Below are positions 51,583-60,807 of a stretch of DNA of 64,000 nt, piece by piece; within the stretch, counting starts at the first letter, position 1, and each line of letters opens with the position of its first letter. This DNA comes from an uncultured Pseudomonadales bacterium (GTDB lineage Bacteria > Pseudomonadota > Gammaproteobacteria > Pseudomonadales > Pseudohongiellaceae), in assembly GCA_943789335.1 (NCBI GenBank), contig CALSTS010000003.1:158774-222773 (forward strand), given 5' to 3'. Made by a program: the position numbers and the translations under genes. The notes below the pieces were generated by a model. The model did not search any database and had not been told where the DNA came from. It saw nothing but the letters and a program-made list of their open reading frames with translations.

Positions 51583-52761
51583 CTAGTTATTGAATGGGTT
51601 TGAAAATAAAGGGTTAGTTAAAAAACTTTGATCCGTCAGTGATTCTAAGAAAGCAATGATCTCTTGCCTATCCTGATTGTTCAGTCCAATGTTTTGAACG
51701 CGCGGGTCTGTTGTTGGCCTATCTATCGGACCAGTTCCTGGTGCATCGGCATAAAAATCCATAAGGTCGTTTAGCGTTGCCAGTTGCCCCAGATGTGTAA
51801 AGGGCGCGCTTACTTCAACATTACGCAATGACATCGTTTTAAATGAGGTAGTATCGATATCATCCTGATTTAAACCAATATCTATACCTTGTGGGAAAGC
51901 ACCAATACCGCCACCGGCTGCAATACCTGCATCAACCACCATATTAAACGTAGCTCCAGTCTCAGCCTGACCATGGCAGTTACTGCACTCATTATTATTA
52001 GCGTTAAATTCATTTAGACCATTCTGGGCCTGTTGGTTTAAGTTGTTATTATCAAACGGCGAGTTGAAACTGAGTAGAGTTTTTTCAAACTCCGCGATGG
52101 CTTCTTGCAGGCGTATTTGGGTTATATTGTTGCCCGGTGTATTTTCAAAAGCATTAATAAAAAGCTGCTCATAATAAATAACGTCAGCCAACTCAACTAA
52201 CAGTGCCGGGAAAGTTTCATTCATTTCATTCGCATCCTGAATCGGATCATCGGCCTGATCAACCAAATGTTCAGCACGTTCATCCCAGAACATTCTGCCG
52301 CCAGGATGCAAAGCAACGTTAGTTAATTGGGGCGAATTTTTAGCAGTACGGCCATTAACACCCTGACTTGTCGTGTTGTTACTCCTGGGGTCACTAAAGG
52401 CGGCTTCTTGTGCATGGCAAGTAGCACATGAAACTTCATTGTTGCTGGATAACCGGGGATCATAGAACAAGACTCGTCCTAAGGTGGCGCGGGCATTATT
52501 TATGGGGCCGACGACATCCTGCCATGCTTGTGGTGCCTGAGCGACATAGGCCACAAAATTTTGCTCGGTGAGGTCTACTTCGGTAACTGTTGTTAAATCA
52601 AATGTTGTAACAACTGCAGTTTCGCTTAACTGTGCAGTATTAGTTAAATTTGCAACAGCATTACTTGCTCCGCCACCACCTCCACAGCCACTTATAAATA
52701 TGGAAACCAGTAAAACGGCAAATATAAATTTTAAACTCATGGCGCTCCCCATTTCTTGCAA
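51583..52761 (-). CDS. Di-heme cytochrome c peroxidase (CCP/MauG family), probable lipoprotein
   Basis: Lipobox ISGC and two CxxCH motifs (CATCH, CSNCH) with CCP-like spacing. The real start is probably MSLKF at 52740. Confidence 0.85.
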   Translation of the reverse strand: MQEMGSAMSLKFIFAVLLVSIFISGCGGGGGASNAVANLTNTAQLSETAVVTTFDLTTVTEVDLTEQNFVAYVAQAPQAWQDVVGPINNARATLGRVLFYDPRLSSNNEVSCATCHAQEAAFSDPRSNNTTSQGVNGRTAKNSPQLTNVALHPGGRMFWDERAEHLVDQADDPIQDANEMNETFPALLVELADVIYYEQLFINAFENTPGNNITQIRLQEAIAEFEKTLLSFNSPFDNNNLNQQAQNGLNEFNANNNECSNCHGQAETGATFNMVVDAGIAAGGGIGAFPQGIDIGLNQDDIDTTSFKTMSLRNVEVSAPFTHLGQLATLNDLMDFYADAPGTGPIDRPTTDPRVQNIGLNNQDRQEIIAFLESLTDQSFLTNPLFSNPFNN

Positions 52762-52859
52762 ATCCCAAAATGAATATGGGGAGCACTTTAATCTTTAGTG
52801 ACTGAATTGAAACTTAACAAAAACAGTTCAATCTGAATCAACGCTGAACTGCATAATTA

Positions 52860-53483
52860 TTAGATCAATTCGACTGTAACATCTCCAACACCGACATCTA
52901 CGTCTATAGAAAATTCTCCATCTCCATAACCTTCGCTTTCTGAAGCAACAACCGTTCGAGAGTTATCGACTTCAGATGTTCCTCTTATATTAGTATCACC
53001 AACACCTGCTGATAAATCTATTTCACCTACTGTAAGTAAAGGAGCAATAATATCTACTTCACCGACGCCCAGATTTACCTCAAGATTACTTGCTTCGATT
53101 TCCACATCTATTTCCCCAACCCCCATATCTATTTCAATATTGGCTACTGCTGGCATTTCAATATACCAATGAGCTTTGATCTTATCTTCATCAATAGTCA
53201 GAATTAACTTATCTCCCCGCATTCTGACACCTACCTCGATGTCATCCACATCAACTTCACGTCCAAAATATCTATCTTGTGCTTCAATATCAACTTCTAC
53301 TCTAATCTCATTACCTTCGACTAATCGTAGATCGATCGAACCAACCGAATTATTTATTTCTATTTCATCAAAGTCATCAAGTTCAAAGGTATGCACTCTC
53401 AACACCCTATCTGCTGCATTCACTGGGAATACAGTGAAAACACTTACTGCTATTAATATCAGGACACTTATTACTTTTTTCAT
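52860..53483 (-). CDS. Secreted acidic beta-repeat protein (DUF4097 / putative-adhesin-like)
   Basis: Signal peptide and repeated GVGE(I/V)D(V/I) strands ending VGVGDVTVELI. Confidence 0.55.
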   Translation of the reverse strand: MKKVISVLILIAVSVFTVFPVNAADRVLRVHTFELDDFDEIEINNSVGSIDLRLVEGNEIRVEVDIEAQDRYFGREVDVDDIEVGVRMRGDKLILTIDEDKIKAHWYIEMPAVANIEIDMGVGEIDVEIEASNLEVNLGVGEVDIIAPLLTVGEIDLSAGVGDTNIRGTSEVDNSRTVVASESEGYGDGEFSIDVDVGVGDVTVELI

Positions 53484-53793
53484 AATGCTTGCCTATTGGT
53501 TAATGTAAAGATTATTAAGCTAGTTAATAAGACGCTCTAACTTAACAAATAGTTTGCAAACTCTATGCCATAAATTAATAATCAATAATTTCAAGTAGTT
53601 ACAATTACTCAAACTCATATTTATTTACGAATAAGGGAATATCACCAAAATTTTGGTGTTTTTAACCAGAAGATAATTTTTTTAGGGGTGTTCAAGGTTT
53701 TAATGAATCAAAATTTTATAGACGCAATAAAAAAGCAGCGCTCCATTTGCTGAAGCAACTGCTTTGTATTACTTTAAGTTTGTAGCTTAAGGT

Positions 53794-54419
53794 TTAAAGT
53801 GCAAAACAATAAAACAAACCATCTCCACCGGAACTGACTAAAGCCGGCCCGCTGCAACCTCGACTATCATGCGCAGAATTGTAATTAGCGAAATCATGAT
53901 GCCCAACTCTTGCTTTACCTTCATCACTGCTGGTCCAGTTGCTGCAGGTCATATCCTCACCCGCTGGGTAAGCCGTGCCATCCACCTGAGAACCTGTCAG
54001 GATGTCGTGCCGGTTAGGGGAAGACCCAGTGCCAGGGACCTTATTGCCAGTAGCAGTTAAGCCAGTGATCAGCCATTTATTCGATGATTGGCGCTGTGAA
54101 GATCATCCACACTTGCCGCAACACGGTAACCATTAGCATTGAACCAGGGACCTTCACCAATTCTATCCCGTGCATTAACCGCATTTCGACCCTGCGTGCT
54201 TAAGTAGGCATGGAAAGTTTTATCAAGACCTGCCGCATCCGCCTGACTTTGGCAAATAGCATCCGCGCCAGCCAAACCACCTAAATCTGCGCCATTGCCA
54301 GAACCTGTAGCTGTAATAAAAAAACTTGGTTCACCAGATGGCGGTTGAGCCAAGGTTGTTGCTGAGCTAACAACTCCTGTGAGAGCAAGTACTGCAAGAA
54401 TTAACGATTTCTTATTCAT
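53794..54419 (-). pseudogene. Secreted endostatin-like (DUF1554-type) protein, frameshifted near 54069-54080
   Basis: ORF 54069-54419 has a signal peptide and GADAICQSQADAAGLDKTFHAYLST. It ends HRING*, and the next frame continues open with ..KWLITGLTATGNKVPG..RHDILTGSQVDGTAY, merging into ORF 53794-53985 (..MTCSNWTSSDEG..GLFYCFAL). Confidence 0.7.
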
Positions 54420-54588
54420 AGTGACTCCTTTTTATTATTTTTATATTTACTAGTGAATTTGAACCGGCACAATTCTTACTACGCACCAGCTTTACTGTAA
54501 ATACCCAATAGGCAAAGCCTAAACTACTTCATTTCTATCCTGCAGTTCAATTCATTTAGAAAATTAGAATGCAGAAGCTAGAATGATC

Positions 54589-55588
54589 TTAACTGTTATT
54601 AGTAACTTTTCGATAAGTGCGAGTAACCACCCGCTTCCACCAGAGAATAAATCCCGTAATAAACATGGCTGCGGGAATTAAGCTAATAAAATAAAGCCCA
54701 TTTAGTCCATGCTGCCTCAAAGCGCCCAAAATGAATATCGACCATAAAGTCTAAAAAACCTGAGCTTCTGTCAGCTCTAATTTCTCCTAGATTCATTATA
54801 AAAGCATTCGGCTTCAACTCGCCTGAATCCAACATGGCTTGAATCTCTGAGTCAGGCATTCCGATTAAACCCATGTTGAGAATATTACTTAAACCCAAGG
54901 TATCAGTGACAGTTCGAAAGGTATCTGGAATGGCTATCAGCATTCCACTGATCCCCCAGGCAAACATAAAAAATAAACACCAAAACCCAAATACACTATG
55001 CAATTGCCAAAGCGTGCCTCGCGGACTTTTATTGCTGAGATACAGACCCTGGCGCCATTGCGCTTTGCCGCGCCACCAGATAAACAAACCACTCAGCATC
55101 ATGACCAAAAATACAACCGCTCCCCAGCCATTAATTTGTCGCCCACCATTCTCAATAAACAGATCATCATGGAAATCGATAAGCCAGCGATAAGCTTTAG
55201 CCTGCCAGGGCAATGAACTTCCCTCGGTCTAGCCCTCGATATTGATCAAAGTAACGATTCTCTGTTACCATCTTGTCTAAGCACAACAAGAACTGCACGC
55301 TCAGGATTAGATGATGCCGTAAACATAAACACTTCAGAATCACTGTAAACTTCTTCTATTCGTGCTTCCAGTTCATCATCAGGTAATGGCCAGCTGCAGT
55401 CGGTTGCACATTGCCCGGGACAAAGTAACGATCAAGATCATTCTTCAAGCAGATAAACTGCACCACTAACACTAATCATCAGAATATAAAGACCAAGCGC
55501 AATGCCTGCCCAAAGATGAATTTGGAATAAAGTTTTATTAAGTAAATGGGTCTTGGGAGCCGAGACCCATCTTTGCCATGTATTCAAG
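54589..55588 (-). pseudogene. PepSY-associated TM protein (PiuB-like), heavily degraded with about five frame changes
   Basis: Hand translation gives (TTG)NTWQRWVSAPKTHLLNKTLFQIHLWAGIALGLYILMISVSGAVYLL / KNDLDRYFVPGNVQPTAAG / LPDDELEARIEEVYSDSEVFMFTASSNPERAVLVVLRQDGNRE / NRYFDQYRGLDRGKFIALAG / PWQAKAYRWLIDFHDDLF...(ORF 54683-55213) / GLYFISLIPAAMFITGFILWWKR. These are consecutive pieces in different frames. Confidence 0.75.
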
Positions 55589-55603
55589 TGAGCTTATTCA
55601 ATA

Positions 55604-56085
55604 TCACATAAAGTCTGGTTCTTTCTCAAAAATAGTCAGGTTATCTGAATCCATCCAACCATTTTCCTGCCAGACTGCAGCTCTTTCTTCTGAATTACAA
55701 ACGCCATCATTAGGCCGAGCAATGGAGCCATCTTCTTTTTGTACAAAACACATGGCGCCTGCTGGCTCTCCTGAATTAAGTGGCAACATAATACTTTCAC
55801 CATTTCTCCTGGTGTAAAAGTTGTTCCATTTACCCCTTGGCGCATAGCATGCACCTGAGCGGCACCTTCGAAACCCCAGGTTTGAGTATTGCCTTGCTCA
55901 TCTTCAACTTCTATATAGAGCCAGGTATGTGGATTATTGAATGCCCAACGCTGTACACGACCAATAACGATTTGTTCTTTTGACGCATCAAACATTGCAA
56001 AGGAGTGATGTGCTGTAACGGTTTGAGTCATCGCTAAAAAGCTAACTACTAAAACAGTTCCAATGGTTAATATTAATTTTTTCAT
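55604..56085 (-). pseudogene. DUF6152-like secreted protein, frameshifted near 55795
   Basis: Signal peptide then AHHSFAMFD..NPHTWLYIEV..TWGFEG, a DUF6152-like N-terminus. The frame changes after TPGEMVKV and continues as ..SIMLPLNSGEPAGAMCFVQKEDGS (ORF 55604-55789). Confidence 0.65.
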
Positions 56086-56122
56086 TTCAGTGTCCTCGAA
56101 AATTGTTTTTAAAAGCTATTGT

Positions 56123-57141
56123 CTACTGGCCCATTGGGTTAAGGGACTGCCCGGGAATATCTGGGAAATCAGTAAAACCTCGCGGATCTTTATATTCCGG
56201 ATCACCTGGCAAATAGAAAAAAGTTCTGCCGGTTTCATCCTGATAGGAGTTACTACTAGTTGTACATTCCCAGTTACGAATACGGGCGCCAAACTCAGCT
56301 AATTCAGGGCTTGATGTATGCACGTAGACAGCAGACTGAGGGGATTGCAAACCAACGGATCATAAAACGTCACCTGGGTGATTAACTGGCGCACTCCTTC
56401 TGCATTTAGTTGTACTTGCCAGCTCTCAACCATCTCCAATTGATTGCTGGTGAGAGGCATACCACGCAGATAATCTGCAGGGTTGATCCATTTTGTCCAG
56501 ATGATTAATTTGTCATTATCCCAGAATCCAATGCTATCTCCAGTTGCCGAATGTTTGCCATCAATATTGACATGCTCAGCATTGATATACACACGACGAG
56601 TTTCATTCATTAAATCATTCAGCATCCATGTTTGAGTTGGAGTATTAGCAAACTCTTTTACATATGGCTCCCATAGCCATCGAGCAGTACCCGGGTACTG
56701 ACATGTGGTCAAGCGATCATAAAGTTGTTCACCATATTCTTCGATCTCTGCCCGGCGCGCTCTGAATTGCGCTTCATAAGCAGGTGTTAAAACGCCTTCC
56801 TTAACAGCGCCTCCAGGGGACATGGCAACGGCCATTGAACCTCCGTCCAAAAATAAAGAAGGCATGCTGTTATAGCCTGCACTCCAAAGACCATCCCACA
56901 CCGGAATCGTTGCCATAGTATGCTGGGTTCCGCCATCAGCTTCGTCAAGTAAAAAATTATAATGCTCTTCAGCTGTTGCGAAATTTCGGGGTGGAGATTC
57001 AACTTCAGGATCGCCTATTCTTCTATCCGTAAGGGTTTCCATTTGAGCAAAACTCAGTGCTTGAATACCTAATGCTAAAAATACCAGCATGTTGGCTTTT
57101 AAAACGAACTGTTTTGTTATCATTATCCTTATACCTGCCAT
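56123..57141 (-). pseudogene. Secreted protein of unknown function, frameshifted near 56350
   Basis: ORF 56299-57141 has a signal peptide, with a likely start MITKQ at 57123. It ends ..TFYDPLV then out-of-frame residues. ORF 56123-56350 continues as QSPQSAVYVHTSSPELAEF... in another frame. Confidence 0.6.
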
Positions 57142-57295
57142 TTATAGACTTTATCAGTTGCGCAAGAATACCCAGAATAAAAACGTATGTCTATTTGATG
57201 TATCAACCAGGTATTTAATTTGTTTTAACTGCAATAGGCAAAATTATTCGGCGAATAGACCTACTCGCTATTGACCCAAATTATAATTCTATGTA

Positions 57296-57907
57296 GTGTA
57301 CTCTCGTCGTGGAAAAGGTCTTAATTTAACTATGGAATTTGACGACAGTCGCTCTCAGGTTCTCCGCTTGAATCTTGCTGGTAATCCAATTGAATGGCTT
57401 ACCTGGCAGGAAGCTACTACCCTCTACGCTCGCGAACTCGTCACCTGGACTCTTGGTGATACTATCAAAACTGTCTGGGGCGGAACCTCTCGTTTAAGCG
57501 GTGAACGCAGCTATATTGATCTGCAAAGCATCATAGCCTGCGCAGGAGACGTGCATCATAATTATTCAAAAAAATCAGCTCTGACCAATAAAATTTTATT
57601 TCGTCGAGATCAAAACTTATGCATGTATTGTGGTAAGGAGCATCTTGATAAAGACTTAAGTTGTGACCACATTATGCCTACCTCGCGCGGCGGCCTTAAT
57701 ATCTGGACCAATGTTGTAGCCGCTTGTCGGCGCTGCAACCATTTCAAACAGAACCGAACACCTGAAGAAGCCCATATGGAATTATTAATGCTGCCTTTTG
57801 AGCCCAACGCCGCAGAATATTTAGCCCTAATGAATAGCTCAAGGATTCGAGCCGACCAGATGGAATTTCTTAAAGCCCAATTTTCTAAAAACTGTCGTTT
57901 GCAATAA
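57296..57907 (+). CDS. HNH endonuclease
   Basis: C..C....LSCDH..P.S.GG....N.V.AC..CN..K (CMYCGKEH..LSCDHIMPTSRGG..NVVAACRRCNHFK). GTG start at 57296, or ATG at 57332. Confidence 0.8.
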   Translation: MYSRRGKGLNLTMEFDDSRSQVLRLNLAGNPIEWLTWQEATTLYARELVTWTLGDTIKTVWGGTSRLSGERSYIDLQSIIACAGDVHHNYSKKSALTNKILFRRDQNLCMYCGKEHLDKDLSCDHIMPTSRGGLNIWTNVVAACRRCNHFKQNRTPEEAHMELLMLPFEPNAAEYLALMNSSRIRADQMEFLKAQFSKNCRLQ

Positions 57908-57985
57908 CCGACATACTTCTTCACTTTCTAAGCCTGCGCTATCTAGCTCTACTCAATCTAGTACTATTCGTTTACTCCATCTCAT

Positions 57986-58765
57986 CTACTCCATCAGAAA
58001 TTTTTGCACAACTTTAAAAAACTGTTCGGGATTTTCATTGTGCACCCAGTGCCCCGCTTCGCTTATCACTTTGACTTTAGCCTTGGGAAAAAACGCAAGA
58101 GTTTGGTCCGTATATTTCGGCAATAAATAATCAGATTTTTCCCCTTTTATAAAAAGTGTTTGCCCCATGAATTCTGACTGCCTAAATGTATCTTCACCCC
58201 AACTTTTTAATAAGGGATAATCTTTAGCTATCACTGACAAATTCATCCGCCATTCAAATTTTCCTTCACTATTTCTTTTAAGATTAGTTAACAAGAAATC
58301 TCTAATTGCTTTATTGTTCACTCCATTATTCTGCAAAACAAGATCTGCTTGTTGGCGATTGCTTAAGCTATCCAGGTTAATTTTTTGCAGAGCGCTCAGC
58401 TCCTGATTAGGACCGCTTTCGTAATTCACAGGTGCAATATCAACCACGACTAATTTATTCACTCGTTCAGGAAAGTTTAGCGCAAACTGCATGGCTATTT
58501 TCCCACCCATTGAATGACCAATAAAATCAGCCTTTGAAAGGCCGATGGTATCCATAGTTTGCGCTATATCTTCTGCCATTTTAGAGTAAGGCATCGTACT
58601 TGCATGCGGAGACTGCCCGTGGTTACGTGCATCAAAACTATAGACTGCATACTTTTCAGAAAAAGCTTTGGCAACACCACTCCAATTAGCCTGCTGACCA
58701 AACATGCCATGTAAAATAATTAAAGGCTTACCGACATTGGAATATTGCTTATAAAAGAGCTGCAT
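57986..58765 (-). CDS. Alpha/beta-fold hydrolase (YbfF-like esterase)
   Basis: HGMFG oxyanion region, nucleophile elbow GHSMGG, and a C-terminal His (AGHWVH). Confidence 0.8.
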   Translation of the reverse strand: MQLFYKQYSNVGKPLIILHGMFGQQANWSGVAKAFSEKYAVYSFDARNHGQSPHASTMPYSKMAEDIAQTMDTIGLSKADFIGHSMGGKIAMQFALNFPERVNKLVVVDIAPVNYESGPNQELSALQKINLDSLSNRQQADLVLQNNGVNNKAIRDFLLTNLKRNSEGKFEWRMNLSVIAKDYPLLKSWGEDTFRQSEFMGQTLFIKGEKSDYLLPKYTDQTLAFFPKAKVKVISEAGHWVHNENPEQFFKVVQKFLME

Positions 58766-58776
58766 AAATCTAAATT

Positions 58777-59247
58777 TTAGAAATTCTCTTTAATGTACTT
58801 AATAACATCTTCATGATGCGATTTGGTTTTGACTTTTTCCATGATGTGCTTGAGCTTGCCATCTGCACCTACAATGAAGGTCATACGATTAATCCCCATA
58901 TACTCTTTACCCATGAATTTCTTCAAGCCCCAAACCCCATATTTATCTGCTATGGCATGGTCCTCATCCGATAGTAAGGTGAAATTCAAACCATCTCGTT
59001 CTGCAAATTTTGCTAGGCGTTTTGCCGAATCAATGCTCACCCCCAAGACTTCGACACCTAAATTCTTAAGTTCTTTTTCACTATCGCGAAGGCCATGTGC
59101 TTGAATAGTGCACCCTGGTGTCATTGCTTTTGGATAAAAGTATAAAACAACAATTCGGCCTTTATAGTCACTTAAACTTTGTTTAACGCCATGTTGGTCT
59201 TCCAAACTGAATGCTGGGGCCATGTTGCCGATTTTAGGTAGTGCCAT
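58777..59247 (-). CDS. bcp: Thioredoxin-dependent peroxiredoxin Bcp
   Basis: YFYPKAMTPGCT peroxidatic Cys motif. 156 aa. Confidence 0.92.
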   Translation of the reverse strand: MALPKIGNMAPAFSLEDQHGVKQSLSDYKGRIVVLYFYPKAMTPGCTIQAHGLRDSEKELKNLGVEVLGVSIDSAKRLAKFAERDGLNFTLLSDEDHAIADKYGVWGLKKFMGKEYMGINRMTFIVGADGKLKHIMEKVKTKSHHEDVIKYIKENF

Positions 59248-59257
59248 TTATTTCTCC

Positions 59258-60037
59258 TTAGTTTGAATTTTGTATTTCTATTAGCGCAGAATCAATATCT
59301 ACATTTGGATAACTTTCTGTAAATAATCGTCGTTCTTCTACAAGTTCTATTTGATTTTCAATATCACTCAGACGTTGAATCTCAAGCAGCCATGTTTCAA
59401 CATTCTGACGGTACACAAATGCAAACTCAATTATTTCTTCTGTCTGCACCCCACTCGCCAGTTCTAGCAATTCTTCTTGCGATTCAGGTTCAGCAGCCCT
59501 TTGTGATTCCTGAGCTGTTGTTTCTATGCTTAACTCAATAGCATTTGAAAAAGCCTCTGCTTCTTGCTCAGCTGCTTCAGTTAGAGGAGCTGGTAAAGCT
59601 ATCCTAGTTGCTGCTGGCGCTAACTGTTCAGAGACAGCATTTGCATTGGAGATATCCATCTCAGAGGCAGGCGCAGCATCAGCACTCATTATTTCCGCCA
59701 TAGGCGCATCTGATACAGGAATAGAAAGTGCTTCAAAATCAGTTCCCGTTAATTCCGTTTCATTATTTAAAAACAAAGACACAACCAAAACAGCAACACA
59801 AACACTCGCGGCAATTGAATAAGCTTGCAGATGTATGCCTTTTTTCTGCGTTGAACTGCCTGCAACGGATTCTCGCGCAGTTTGCAAAATAGATTCATCA
59901 AGCACTGCAGATGGCTTTTCGTCTTGCGGAACTCGGTCAGCTGGAAGAGCCTGATAAGCTGCAGAAATCCCATCGCTACCACTTAAATAATCATGTAATT
60001 CTTTTTCTTGTAAATCGTTATCTTGTGAATCTTTCAT
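59258..60037 (-). CDS. Putative membrane-anchored anti-sigma factor (non-ZAS)
   Basis: ATGA overlap with the upstream ECF sigma gene. Short cytoplasmic N-terminus (LHDYLSGSD), a single TM helix, and an acidic low-complexity periplasmic part. No HxxxCxxC motif. Confidence 0.55.
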   Translation of the reverse strand: MKDSQDNDLQEKELHDYLSGSDGISAAYQALPADRVPQDEKPSAVLDESILQTARESVAGSSTQKKGIHLQAYSIAASVCVAVLVVSLFLNNETELTGTDFEALSIPVSDAPMAEIMSADAAPASEMDISNANAVSEQLAPAATRIALPAPLTEAAEQEAEAFSNAIELSIETTAQESQRAAEPESQEELLELASGVQTEEIIEFAFVYRQNVETWLLEIQRLSDIENQIELVEERRLFTESYPNVDIDSALIEIQNSN

Positions 60038-60627
60038 ACATCACCAATGACATTCTCTGTAATATCTTCATTCTTCAACGATTGCCTTAATTTTTTTACT
60101 GCATAGCGCAAACGACTTTTCACTGCTTCCTTACTTTCTCCTACAGTAAACGCTATCTCCTCTATACTTAAACCCGCCTCTTCTTTAAGTAGGAAAACAT
60201 CAAGCTGATCTTTAGGTAAGTTCTTCAATTGCACTCTGAAGCGTTCAATTTTTTCCTGACCACTTAAAATTACTTCAGGGTCATTAGCCGCATTGTCCGG
60301 AATATTTTCAGCATCATTTTCATCATCCGTTTCTGTCTTAGGTTTTCGAAAATGGTCAATCAAAATATTATGAGCGATACGATATAACCAGGTCGTAAAT
60401 TTTGCTTTTTGCTCGTAGCTGTCTCTAGCTTTGATCACTCGGAGCCAGACATCCTGGTATAACTCCTCAGCCAGCGCCTGATTACCACACTGACGAAGAA
60501 AAAAACGATAAAGCGCATCTTTATGTTTACGATAAAGTGTTTCAAATGCAGCGCTGTCACCTTTAGCGTAAGCCAGCATTAGCTGTTCGTCTTTATCAAT
60601 AAATTTTTGAAAACTCACAAGACCCAC
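60034..60627 (-). CDS. ECF-type RNA polymerase sigma factor
   Basis: Region 2 (AFETLYRKHKDALYRFF..DVWLRV..F.TWLYRIAHN) and region 4 (LSIEEIAFTVGESKEAVKSRLRYA). Confidence 0.9.
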   Translation of the reverse strand: MGLVSFQKFIDKDEQLMLAYAKGDSAAFETLYRKHKDALYRFFLRQCGNQALAEELYQDVWLRVIKARDSYEQKAKFTTWLYRIAHNILIDHFRKPKTETDDENDAENIPDNAANDPEVILSGQEKIERFRVQLKNLPKDQLDVFLLKEEAGLSIEEIAFTVGESKEAVKSRLRYAVKKLRQSLKNEDITENVIGDV

Positions 60628-60717
60628 AATATTACTTAATCTCTCTTTTCCTATTATTAATGTAGACTGCTATCTAGACTTAATCAGTAAACGTCACGAA
60701 CCCTGGTTAACCAAGGC

Positions 60718-60779
60718 ATGCGAACATTTTAAAAACGGAGTTTACTAGACTGTAAATGAGTATTTTAAAATGTTCGCAT
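60718..60779. repeat. Perfect 17-bp inverted repeat (ATGCGAACATTTTAAAA / TTTTAAAATGTTCGCAT) with a 28-nt spacer, between the VWA gene and the ECF sigma gene
   Basis: Read directly. Arms are at 60718-60734 and 60763-60779. Confidence 0.95.
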
Positions 60780-60807
60780 AACGAAGAGAAACCAAGTGCA
60801 GTAGTTT

